Of a DNA stretch of 32,000 nucleotides, positions 17,169 to 26,217 are shown one piece after another. This stretch comes from an uncultured beta proteobacterium. Lineage in GTDB: Bacteria; Pseudomonadota; Gammaproteobacteria; Burkholderiales; Burkholderiaceae. Position numbers and translations under genes: made by a program. The stretch is from NCBI GenBank assembly GCA_963708695.1, contig CAVPTS010000018.1, positions 16,260 through 48,259 on the forward strand. The letters run 5' to 3'. A model generated the notes under the pieces. The model saw nothing but the letters and a program-made list of their open reading frames with translations, had not been told where the DNA came from and did not search any database. Position 1 is the stretch's first letter, and each line of letters starts with the position of its first letter.

Positions 17169-17447
17169 TTACAGGAACCGGGAGCGATAGTAGACGACCG
17201 CAGGTCAACCTCAACGGGCAAATGACAAGGTGGCAAACGGAAACGACGTTCGACGCACGTCTCTATCAGAAGAGGTGGTCCCGCTCGGCGTCGCTCTATG
17301 CGAAAGCGTCATTCACGGTCAGGAACGAGGAAGGGGATGCCACCTGCGCCGCTGAAATCTCCTAGGAGTCCGCCTTTGCAGCTGACCGGAGGCAAAACGC
17401 TAGGTCGCGCGCCGCACCAAGTTCCTCAGCGTCGAAATTTCGAGCAC

Positions 17448-17472
17448 GTGTCGGCGACAGCTCCCGTTCTGC
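17448..17472 (+). repeat. Direct repeat copy R3 (degenerate core)
   Basis: gtgtcggcgacagctcccgttctgc matches the R1/R2 core at 23 of 25 positions. A TAGGTCGC 8-mer, the core of the 10-nt array motif, lies at 17401-17408. Confidence 0.45.
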
Positions 17473-17568
17473 TGACCTACGCGTGACCGGCCAACGTCTC
17501 GATCTTCTCCAATAATGGGTCTATCGCAGCCGCGCGATCTTGCCTATTCAAAGCTTTTGACGATTTCA

Positions 17569-17919
17569 TCAGTGTCGCTGTTCACCACTTACATGTCGTC
17601 GTAATGACCTCGACATCGCACAATCAGAATGTTTTCTTGGGTATCGACCGTCTGCTGGCACGTCGAAGCCGATCCCACAGCCTTCCGCCAGTGCGTCGAC
17701 CAAGCTCGCCATGTGGACTGCGAGACGCTCGCTCACGCTGTTGAAGATAGCGCCTTCGATCAGTGCGACCGTCTGCTTGTGCTGGACGCGCTCCTTCATG
17801 GTGCTCACGACAATCGGCTCCGGCGCGCCCACTGTGCGAATGAGGTCCGCGCGGCGGTCCCATCCCATTGCGACGATGCGGGCGTTTTCGAGGACGGCGA
17901 TCAGATTCGTTCGGGACAT
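17569..17919 (-). CDS. Hypothetical protein
   Basis: I chose the ATG at 17919 (MSRTNLIAVLENARIV...), though the ORF is open to 18024. No motif recognised. Confidence 0.45.
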   Translation of the reverse strand: MSRTNLIAVLENARIVAMGWDRRADLIRTVGAPEPIVVSTMKERVQHKQTVALIEGAIFNSVSERLAVHMASLVDALAEGCGIGFDVPADGRYPRKHSDCAMSRSLRRHVSGEQRH

Positions 17920-18062
17920 GTGTGTGTTACACCTTGCCTTATGCGCTTTGTCGCGCGACTTCGATATGTGTATTTTCTTGACCGAAGCGAGGGCATTGAA
18001 GTTGATTTGCAAATGTCCCTTCAAAATGACCGAAAAGCGCGCTATGTTGCTGTTTCATAGAA

Positions 18063-18368
18063 ATGAAGGAGACTACGGTGGGCCAATCTAAGCGACTATA
18101 TGAAGACGACCAACGGCGCGGAATGAGCGCCTTGGATATCTGTATTGAGGCCGGTGCGGTGCAGCGATGTGAGATACATGAACACATATGCTTCGATGGC
18201 AGACAGCCAAAGAGCGCAGCCTATGAGTTAGCGAAGAAGACTTGGTATAAGGGTGAGAAGCACGGTTTTGACAGCCTTCCGAATTTGATGGAAGCCGTCG
18301 ATGAGGCTTACAACCAAAACTCGGAATCAAAGTGCGCGCAATGCGCATCAAACGCCGCTCGCGACTAG
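18063..18368 (+). CDS. Hypothetical protein with Cys clusters (possible metal-binding)
   Basis: 101-aa ORF with AAGGAG near the start. Cys clusters are CIEAGAVQRCEIHEHIC and a C-terminal CAQC. Confidence 0.45.
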   Translation: MKETTVGQSKRLYEDDQRRGMSALDICIEAGAVQRCEIHEHICFDGRQPKSAAYELAKKTWYKGEKHGFDSLPNLMEAVDEAYNQNSESKCAQCASNAARD

Positions 18369-19102
18369 AAGCCGTCTACTTCGAGTCTTCATCCGAAGGC
18401 TAGTCTCTATGTCGAGAATGCGCGCTTTTCACCTACAAGCGCGCTCAATCGGTCAGCGCTGCTGTCTGCGGGTGTCGGCGTGGAGTTGCCAGGGTGATGT
18501 CGCTGTATGTATGTGCGTAGCGCGCGTGCGTGATACACGTCGCGGCGAGGAAGCGCTGCGGGAAAATCGCAGCCTCATTAACGGCACGGAGACCCAGGCA
18601 TGCCCTATTATTACGACTTGGCAGAGGAAGTTGACGGCACGTCTTTTACACGGTCATCAAGAACCAACCGATGCCGCTAAGCGTTGGGGATCTGATCAAT
18701 CCGCCGGCGGAAGAAGTTCCCGCCCTTCTCCGAGGCAAGCTTTTGGGGTTGAAGGAGATCATTCAGGACTTGGATGCGGAGCGCGGCCCGGATCGGCACC
18801 GGGTGAAGGTGCTTTTGAAGGTGCTGAAGTAGCATTTGGCCGCGAGCCTAAGTAAAGCACCTAGGCTCTAAGGATGTGGGCAAGTCGATTGTCTTGCTGC
18901 ATGCGGCGATCGCACTGTTGTTGGGGCCGCCCTAGTAACGCCCGAGCTCGGCGGCGCTGAATCGCGCAAGCGGCCGTGCCAATCACGATCTGGTTTCGGT
19001 TGTCCGTCGCGACGGCGTCCATCGTCATCACAAGGCTCCCGAGCAAAGCCCTGATGCAGCCGAATCGAACTGTGCACGACGTCGTTCACAGCGCGGACGC
19101 CG

Positions 19103-19927
19103 CTAACTTGCAATCACCCCCGCGGGGTCGACGCGAGCCCCGCCGCTCACAATCCACTCTTCGTAATCCGCCATTACCAACTCGGCGCGCCGCATCAGCG
19201 GACTCATGAACGCCTTGCGATTAGGGTGAGCGAATATTTGCGGTTGCAAAGCAGCGCTATCAAGAAGTTCCTTGAACTTGGCGAACCGCTCTTCCCACGG
19301 ATAATCCGTGCGGTCCAAAGCCATAGACTCGATTAACTTTCGATGAATGTCCTTGTTCTTCCGTTTGCCGCTGGCATCCATTGCGCCAAAAAGCGCCATA
19401 AGGAACGCCTTCAACTTTTCGATCAGGTCGAGCTTATGCTCCTCTGTCAACTGCAACGCCACGAGAAGCTCCAAAGCATCTAGGGAAGCGGCAATCGCAG
19501 CGATCGACTGGGGCATGTCGTTTTTACGAGCAGGTTCTTTCCCCCTTTCCTTCTTTTTAGCGTCAGGGACTTCGTCGAGTCCCCAACCCTCAGACTCTTC
19601 GACCATATCGATATCGAATACGGCTCCGACGCGATCGTCAGCGTCTTTCGTCTTGACCGACAGATGGCTACCCTGATCGCCGTCCAGCAGTCGCAGAAGC
19701 CCCGTGAGGCGGAGCATTTGGGACGGAACAAGATCGTGTGTGTCACCTATCGTCAGGATGCGTTTGCACCAGTAGGCCTTGTCGAGGCCGACGATGCGCC
19801 TGCAATCGTCGTGTTGAGTTGCATATTTCACGGCAACTTCAAGATGTCTTATTTCCGCGTCCGCGAGTTGAGCCGCCTGGCGTTTGCGGCGAACGAGCGC
19901 TGCTCGTGGTTGAACGCGCGCACTCAT
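19103..19927 (-). CDS. Hypothetical protein
   Basis: ATG at 19927 is preceded by GGAGG. The protein is 274 aa with an acidic and lysine-rich middle. Its start overlaps the stop of the upstream ORF (ATGA). Confidence 0.6.
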   Translation of the reverse strand: MSARVQPRAALVRRKRQAAQLADAEIRHLEVAVKYATQHDDCRRIVGLDKAYWCKRILTIGDTHDLVPSQMLRLTGLLRLLDGDQGSHLSVKTKDADDRVGAVFDIDMVEESEGWGLDEVPDAKKKERGKEPARKNDMPQSIAAIAASLDALELLVALQLTEEHKLDLIEKLKAFLMALFGAMDASGKRKNKDIHRKLIESMALDRTDYPWEERFAKFKELLDSAALQPQIFAHPNRKAFMSPLMRRAELVMADYEEWIVSGGARVDPAGVIAS

Positions 19928-20190
19928 ATGGCTGCTCCTCCGCACAGAATGATCCGCAACGCTAACGATTTTCGTAGACGCCTCGTTCGCGAGAGATCCG
20001 ACACTTCCTTGGGTACCCCTACTTCGACTGATCTGACGACGTGTTTGCGTAACCCTCCGGTGAGAGATGCGTCACTGCAATGGCGTGGGCGATGCAAGGC
20101 CGCGGCATAGCGTGCTCGACGCTGGACATCCAAAATGTAAAGCCCGAGGAAAGTGGCCGCTACCAAAGAGAAAAGTTTGAGTCGGAGCAT
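19924..20190 (-). CDS. Hypothetical small protein (N-terminal hydrophobic segment)
   Basis: MLRLKLFSLVAATFLGLYIL... The ATGA stop/start overlap with the downstream gene suggests coupling. There is no clear RBS. Confidence 0.3.
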   Translation of the reverse strand: MLRLKLFSLVAATFLGLYILDVQRRARYAAALHRPRHCSDASLTGGLRKHVVRSVEVGVPKEVSDLSRTRRLRKSLALRIILCGGAAI

Positions 20191-20793
20191 GTTCGAGTTG
20201 GAATCAAATTGCGACGACCCATCTTCTCTATTCCGTGGCGATGTCAAGGCTAGCGAAGATGCGCTCGACGGCGCGCGAGGCTCCCCCTTTCCTCTCGGCG
20301 ACAAGCGCAAGTATTCAAAGCCCGATGTGCTCACGGCCAGTTCGCACCTTGTAGTGAATGAGGTCAAGCACCGCTTCATCCATCCTGGTGATGCAACCCG
20401 CACCTAGTCCAAAAGCCACATCGATTTTGCGACCTTTCCGGTTCGTGACGAATCGCGCAAGACCTAAACTCTCCTCATCCCCGCGCTACTGCGCATCGAT
20501 CCACAGATCCGGCGTGCCGGAACTTCATTTCATCTTTGTGATTTCACACGTCCAAATCTTTCGACGTGCATTTCTGCTTGTGCGCCTCGTCAGCCACGTC
20601 TTTCTAAAGCTGGCTTTTTATAGAGACGGAACTGACATCGACGCGCAGTCTGACCAAGCCTGTCTTTTCTAAGCAGTGAGGCCGGTATCTCGACCCGCTG
20701 TTGTTGCGCGTTGCCCACTCGGGCGATCGCTAACCCCCGCGGGACAAATCCCGCAAGGGAGGACGCTCGCCTTTCCTGAAGAGGTTCGCAGCA

Positions 20794-21255
20794 ATGAAGC
20801 TTGTTCCAGTAGAAATCAAGTACACGTGCGGCACGACCATCTATGATCGCGTCTCGCTTAACGTACAAACCTGCGAGGTGCACTTTGCCCCCCGCTTGAC
20901 AAGGATCTTAAAAGAGATGGAGAACACCGAGCCATCGCCGGTGATCACTATCGAAATTGGCCAACGGACGTTTCCTATCACAAGAGACGATAACGGACGC
21001 CACGTTGTTCTCGCGCACGCAAAGCAGTCCGTTAAGCCGTGCGTGTTTCGCTCGATCACTACGCCGAACCGAGCGCAACGTCATCTGAACGGTCGCTTGG
21101 TTCATTTGTTAAGCGGAGCCTCGTTGGCGGCGGCGGTCGTCAGCGCATATTCGGTAACAACGTGGAATGCAAGTTCGGCCGCTGGCGTAGTAAGCTATTT
21201 CGTGTCTGCAATGCTCCTGGGGGCGGTTGGTTTTTATTGCAAAATGGACGGTTGA
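20794..21255 (+). CDS. Hypothetical protein with C-terminal TM helices
   Basis: 153-aa ORF. Hydrophobic C-terminal segments are LLSGASLAAAVVSAYSV and VVSYFVSAMLLGAVGFY. Confidence 0.5.
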   Translation: MKLVPVEIKYTCGTTIYDRVSLNVQTCEVHFAPRLTRILKEMENTEPSPVITIEIGQRTFPITRDDNGRHVVLAHAKQSVKPCVFRSITTPNRAQRHLNGRLVHLLSGASLAAAVVSAYSVTTWNASSAAGVVSYFVSAMLLGAVGFYCKMDG

Positions 21256-21257
21256 TT

Positions 21258-21365
21258 ATGACCTTTTCTATTATCGTAGTAGCGGCAGCGGCTGTGCTCG
21301 CCTTATTCTTCGGGTGGACTGCTCACAACGGACGTAAGTTCGAGCGTGATCGGTACCGTCAATGA
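21258..21365 (+). CDS. Very small membrane protein (35 aa)
   Basis: MTFSIIVVAAAAVLALFFGW... starts 2 nt after the upstream stop and is followed by a strong terminator. Confidence 0.35.
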   Translation: MTFSIIVVAAAAVLALFFGWTAHNGRKFERDRYRQ

Positions 21366-21417
21366 CGCTTGATCGAGCAGACAACATCCGTGCTTCGTAA
21401 TAATCTTTGACGACAAA

Positions 21418-21446
21418 GCCGCGCCCAAATGGGTGCGGCTTTTTTT
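21418..21446 (+). terminator. Rho-independent terminator (A-tract upstream, so possibly bidirectional)
   Basis: Stem gccgcgccc / gggtgcggc (one G-U pair) with loop aaat, followed by seven T. Confidence 0.75.
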
Positions 21447-21641
21447 ATACTCGGGCTTCGCGCATCAGCATTTTTAGCTAAGAAAGAAATCTCATCTCCG
21501 TCATCCGCAAGTAAATCGAGCAACAGGAGACCCCTCAATGAAGATCCGATTGACGCCTGTGTCGTCCGCGCTAGATTCCCGCCAAGAAACACGAAGTTTG
21601 ACTCGCCTTCCGATCAAACTGTTTCTCCAACGGAGTCGACA

Positions 21642-22295
21642 CTAACGGAATCGCCACAGCTGTGGAACCTTTTCGCGGAGCATCGCCTCCAGCTCTGCTA
21701 ATTCCTCTGCGTTTATCCTTTTACTTAACACCTGCCTGACCGCTTGCTGGATTTCCCTCCTGTACTTAATAAGAAACGCCGGGTGAGCGCTTTCGATCTT
21801 CAGATACTTGTTTCCTGGGCTCCGGGTTATCCGGACGTGGATGCTATCGAACGGCAAGACGTTGTTGCCACGAAGCTCGTCAAACACATGTCGTTCGGAG
21901 CGCACTGCTGAGCACCGATCAACCCATAGCGCTCGCTTGCTCAGTTGCTCCAAGCCAAGTTCATTTTTTATCTCGAGTAACGCCGCCGCTCCGCCGGATG
22001 TCAGTGATTTGGGCATCAGGAATAGAATTCTGACAGGCGCCGGTAACGCGGCAACTTGAATCGCACGAGTCAGCGTCGTTCGCGTCACTCCAAGCTTTTT
22101 TGCGCCTTCCGTGATGGTCCGCCATTTTCCTTGCGCCTTCCCTTCATGGAATTCTTTCGCAAGCTCCAGTGGATAGACGTCCTTCGTAGCTCGTAATGGG
22201 ACCACACATTCATTGCTGTCTGTCATTTTGATAGTTCCAGGTTTTCTAAGTTGCCGGATAGCTTCCTGAGTCTCGGCTCTGTGCCTATTAACCAT
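21642..22295 (-). CDS. DNA-binding protein with a ParB/KorB-type HTH region and no ParB N-domain
   Basis: TITEGAKKLGVTRTTLTRAIQVAALPAPVRILF...LTSGGAAALLEI resembles the HTH and following helix of ParB-family proteins (..lG.s...vs..l.l..LP..v). The start codon is uncertain; the alternative is MTDSNE at 22226. Confidence 0.5.
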   Translation of the reverse strand: MVNRHRAETQEAIRQLRKPGTIKMTDSNECVVPLRATKDVYPLELAKEFHEGKAQGKWRTITEGAKKLGVTRTTLTRAIQVAALPAPVRILFLMPKSLTSGGAAALLEIKNELGLEQLSKRALWVDRCSAVRSERHVFDELRGNNVLPFDSIHVRITRSPGNKYLKIESAHPAFLIKYRREIQQAVRQVLSKRINAEELAELEAMLREKVPQLWRFR

Positions 22296-22403
22296 TCGCT
22301 AGTGAAAAGGGTTCATCGCCATATGATTGTTACCGTTCGCGGTTGATGCAGCTACGTCGTCGGGCAGATCGCGTTTGCCGAGCAACGCGCCAAGCGCAAC
22401 ACT

Positions 22404-22680
22404 CGAACAAGCGATTTGAAAGTTGTCGCCGGCCGAAACCGTCGGAATACCTCTGAACACCGCGCGACGGCAGTGGGTGTTACGGCGATACGCGAAGCAG
22501 GCACCAGCGTCTAGATCGCAACTTCATGATTCAAAAGAGAAAATGCGGGGTTTCCCGTTAAGATAATTTTTGAACATTTGAACGGCGCAGGAATCTGATC
22601 AGCCGATGCGCTCAGATTGAATCCATCGCGGTCACGGCGAGTAGCCACAGACTTGGCAATTCTTGTCGCACCCACGGTGA
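22404..22680 (+). repeat. Long direct repeat, copy 1 (contains TTGAACATTTGAAC at 22570-22583)
   Basis: It aligns by eye with 22996-23275 over most of its length. Shared blocks include gttgtcgc.ggccgaaaccg.cggaatacctctga, caggcacc.gcgtcta, gcggg.tttcccg, atttttgaac.tttgaacgg.gcagg.atctgatca.ccgat.cgctcagat. Confidence 0.65.
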
Positions 22681-22995
22681 AAGTCGATCATTTCCGTTGT
22701 CCCCGCCCCCTCCCCGGAGATGTTTGGCAAACCTTAGCGGGCGCGACTCGGTGGGCGTAGCGGAATGCAGGATCTGTCGATGTTGCTCATTTGGATTGCT
22801 CCAATTTTGTAATTCATCCGGTCGGCTGCTCATGCTGCTCGCCATGTGTGAGGTTTATCGAAGGCACCGTGGCCCGGTTAACTCCGAAGAGACGTTATCC
22901 GGATAATTCCAACGAACTTTTCTTTATCGGAAGATAAGGCTTTTGATTTAATTCATAGAATTCGACTTTTTAGCGTCACCTAAAATGTTGAACAT

Positions 22996-23275
22996 TTGAA
23001 CAAGCACCTTTGAAGGTTGTCGCTGGCCGAAACCGCCGGAATACCTCTGACCCCCGCGCGACGGCATGGGGGGGGTGTAATGGCGTTTCGCACAGCAGGC
23101 ACCGGCGTCTATATTGCAAATACATGATTTAAAAGATAAAACGCGGGTTTTCCCGCTAGGAAAATTTTTGAACGTTTGAACGGTGCAGGCATCTGATCAA
23201 CCGATTCGCTCAGATCGAAGGCCGTCGCCGTCACGACGAGTCTTGGCCTTGGCATTCCACGTTCACGGCATCGTG
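22996..23275 (+). repeat. Long direct repeat, copy 2 (contains TTGAACGTTTGAAC at 23168-23181, with an extra TTGAACATTTGAAC at 22989-23002)
   Basis: See copy 1. The offset between copies is about 592 bp. Confidence 0.65.
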
Positions 23276-24631
23276 CAGCGTTATCGCAACAAAACCGTTC
23301 CACTCATTTCCTTCTCCATATAAGCGGATGACCACAAACCAGATGCAGCCCCGCCGAATTCGCTGAAAGCCACCGATAGGCACACACGCGTGGCTACCTT
23401 GATCTTCCCCCCTCTGCGGCCGCACTCTCCCCGAGCACGCGTACCGATGCGATTCGCAGGTGGAAACGCTCAGTGTGAAAAGCCGGAACCAACCGATGAT
23501 CACATCGATTTTGATCGATGCATTTTATTGATTCACAATGCTTTCGTGCACAAAGTCGCGCAATTTTTCTCGTGTTAGAAACAGAAATGTTGTTAATTAA
23601 TGACAGTCTAACCAGCTGGCCTTTCTGAACATTACCTATTGAGATTTATAAAAGCGAAAGACGTATAAATTAATGCGTCTTTCGACGCAGCTGATGATTT
23701 TTTCACCATTCAAGCTTTGCGAAGCGGTCGTGATCGCCTCTCGATCTTAAAGACGATAAAAACCTGCCTGTTTAATGCTCACCTGATTTACCGACGCGGT
23801 GTTGTCTTCAGCGCGGTGGTCGGGAACGCCATTCAATCACCTGTGTCCGACACCCGCTGGCCGCATTGCAAGGCAAACGCGCACACGCAAATCCGATAGA
23901 TAGATCTTTTTCGAGTTCGTTGCTGCGGGGCCGATATCATTTGTCGAGACTCGAGAGCCGGTGCTTCATGATCCAGTAGACTGCGGCGATGGTGGCCATA
24001 GCGCGAAAACCTGGAGCACTTTCCGCGAAATGCTCAGACAGACTGTAAGCAGTACTTATGGCATGACCTTGCACGATCGACATCGGTCCGTGCGCGGCGG
24101 TCTAGACTGCGGGCGTAATTGCCGATGTCAAAGGCAGCGGCACTCCCACCACTACAGCAGCCCGTAAATTCGTTTGCTAATTATCTGGCTGCAAATAAGG
24201 CTGCAGGAGCGTGACGACCATTTGAGCCATCTCTTGAGCGGCCCTGCGCCCGGAAGAGGTTCCCAGATCCCATCTATGACTGCGAAAGGCTGCACCATAA
24301 AGGAGTCCCCCCGGAAATGCCCTAAGCATTTCAAAATACTTGACTAAGATGGCGACGTTGTGGCGCATTGATCGCCTTCCGCGATAACACGCTGAGTTGC
24401 CGGAGCAACCTTCTACTTTAGAACAGCAACGCAATCATCACGACCAGCGCTATCCGAAATTTCCAAACGACGGCACTATTTCAGGTTCATATGAAGCATC
24501 GGCGCCAAAGCGCCACAGTACTAGAGGCTCGATTGATCTGCATAAATGCTCTATTGATTACGGATTATTACACGTCGGCTCTTTCTAGATTGGCGATGAA
24601 ATTCGACTATGTTGTCGCTACCCGCTCAAAA

Positions 24632-24661
24632 TTGACACTTGGAGATTGACAGTTAGATAAT
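24632..24661 (+). promoter_or_regulatory. Sigma-70-like promoter candidate
   Basis: TTGACA at 24632-24637 with GATAAT at 24656-24661 (18-nt spacer), or TAGATA at 24654-24659. It lies about 510 nt upstream of the GT2 gene ATG. Confidence 0.3.
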
Positions 24662-25170
24662 CCCGCGACCGGCAAGTTTGCAGTACGAACATATGAATCG
24701 GGAGGATATTGAAATTCAAATGGCAAGCACCGCTTATACACCGGCCCCGACCCGGGCGTGGGTCGGGCATACCCTGCGGGCAACCATGGGGAACATGGCT
24801 GACGACAGTATTGGGCGCGAACCTCATTGCTAGATGAGGGAAAAGGCTCACTTTTACTGCGCGAAGCGGTATAAGCGACAACGAATTGGCCGGTTACTGA
24901 GTTAATTCTGTGGCAGTGCACTGTATAGCCGAGAACGAGTCGGGTTCAAGCAGTTAGACTCTGGAATCAAAATTGAGATATAACGGCTTCCACCGCTGCA
25001 TGCGAACGACTATGCGCAGCATCTAGTTTTCCACTAAAGTGCGCGCATTTGTTTTTAAGCTTGGGCGAGTATGACCGCCCTGACATTGGGCCGCTGGTCC
25101 ATCGCCTTTCAAGCTGCTCGACAATGAATTCGCTTACCGAAATGGTTCGTGTCCTTCGCCAGGCCAGACA

Positions 25171-26187
25171 ATGAAGTTGATCATCCAGATACCGTGTTTC
25201 AATGAAGCACAAACGATTGCGATAACGCTCGCCGCGTTGCCCCGCGAGGTTAAAGGCTTCGACAAGGTAGAGTGGCTGATCATCGACGACGGAAGTGCCG
25301 ACAACACGGCCGTCGTCGCGCGTCAGCATGGCGCTCATCACGTCGTACGCCATACCAGTAACCAGGGACTTGCTCGTGCCTTCATGACAGGTATTGAGGC
25401 ATCGGTGCGGCTGGGCGCGGATGTCATCGTTAATACCGACGCAGATAACCAATACGATGCCCGCGATATTCCCACTCTGGTGGAACCAATCTGTCAGGGC
25501 GTTGCGGAAATCGTAATCGGCGCGAGGCCCATCACTGAGATCGAACACTTCTCGGCAGCGAAAAAATTATTGCAGAAGCTCGGTAGCTGGGTTGTGCGAA
25601 CTGCAAGCCGCACGACAGTGGCGGATGCGGCAAGTGGGTTCCGGGCGTTCAGTCGAGATGCCGCCCAGCGACTCACAGTCTTCAGCGACTATACATATAC
25701 CCTCGAGACGATCATCCAGGCTGGCCAGAAGAATATGGCAATCGTTTCTGTACCGATTCGGGTGAATCCGGATCTTCGGCCGTCGCGACTTGTTAAAAGC
25801 GTCCCATCGTACGTATTCAGGTCGATGCTCACCATCTGCCGGATCTTCGTTATTTATCGTCCAGGCCGTTTCTTCGGCGTGCTGGGCACACTCTTGCTGG
25901 CTGCGGCATTTGTACCTGGACTGCGATTCCTGGCGTTATATCTTAGCGGTGAAGGGCAAGGCCATATCCAGTCGCTCATTCTTGCGTCTATCCTTGCCGG
26001 CATGGGCATCCAAACCCTGTTGGCAGCGGTGATTGCCGAACTGCTGGCGACCAACCGGAAGCTTCTGGAAGATATCCGCTACTCCGCGAAACGTTCCGAG
26101 CCGATCGCATCCTATAGCGAGAAGGGTTCATTTGCCCTTGTCGTGTCGCATCACCCGAAAAAACCGCGCGCGGCCGCACGCTCCTGA
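25171..26187 (+). CDS. Family 2 glycosyltransferase, polyprenyl-phosphate sugar synthase type (GtrB/ArnC/DPM-like) with C-terminal TM helices
   Basis: IIQIPCFNEAQTI, WLIIDDGSADNT and VNTDADNQYD (DXD) are GT2 signatures. The C-terminal hydrophobic segments FFGVLGTLLLAAAFVPGL and LILASILAGMGIQTLLAAVIAELL are typical of the GtrB/ArnC subgroup. Confidence 0.9.
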   Translation: MKLIIQIPCFNEAQTIAITLAALPREVKGFDKVEWLIIDDGSADNTAVVARQHGAHHVVRHTSNQGLARAFMTGIEASVRLGADVIVNTDADNQYDARDIPTLVEPICQGVAEIVIGARPITEIEHFSAAKKLLQKLGSWVVRTASRTTVADAASGFRAFSRDAAQRLTVFSDYTYTLETIIQAGQKNMAIVSVPIRVNPDLRPSRLVKSVPSYVFRSMLTICRIFVIYRPGRFFGVLGTLLLAAAFVPGLRFLALYLSGEGQGHIQSLILASILAGMGIQTLLAAVIAELLATNRKLLEDIRYSAKRSEPIASYSEKGSFALVVSHHPKKPRAAARS

Positions 26188-26217
26188 GCTGAACCCGAAT
26201 AAAGAAGGCACTCGCTG

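Larger units (their letters stand above)
11190..17472 (+). mobile_element. Putative degraded integrative element, segment 2 (R2 to R3), with no recombinase
   Basis: Bounded by R2 and R3. It contains paralogues of the segment-1 family-X gene and ligase. At least four genes are disrupted (SRAP, PhoH, family X copy B and the ligase fragment). Confidence 0.4.

Noticed and set aside
18301-18855. 184-aa ORF on the + strand
   Set aside because: It overlaps the end of the better-supported 18063-18368 ORF and has an Arg-rich, low-complexity translation. A shorter, apparently frameshifted small gene at 18600-18832 fits the RBS better, but remains unproven.
23068-23075. G8 homopolymer in long-repeat copy 2 as a possible phase-variation tract
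   Set aside because: It is not within or upstream of any credible gene. Copy 1 has no tract at the equivalent site (cagtgggtg), so it is most simply a local slippage product.
24914-24929. Resemblance of cagtgcactgtatagc to the 5' part of the JUMPstart element found upstream of polysaccharide operons
   Set aside because: The comparison is from memory of the consensus. The diagnostic ops core GGCGGTAG is absent from 24600-25170, where the closest sequence is agcggtataag upstream rather than downstream. I do not call an RfaH/ops site.
24967-25548. 193-aa ORF on the - strand
   Set aside because: It is antisense to the GT2 gene, whose translation has clear family motifs. The ORF itself has no motif or RBS.
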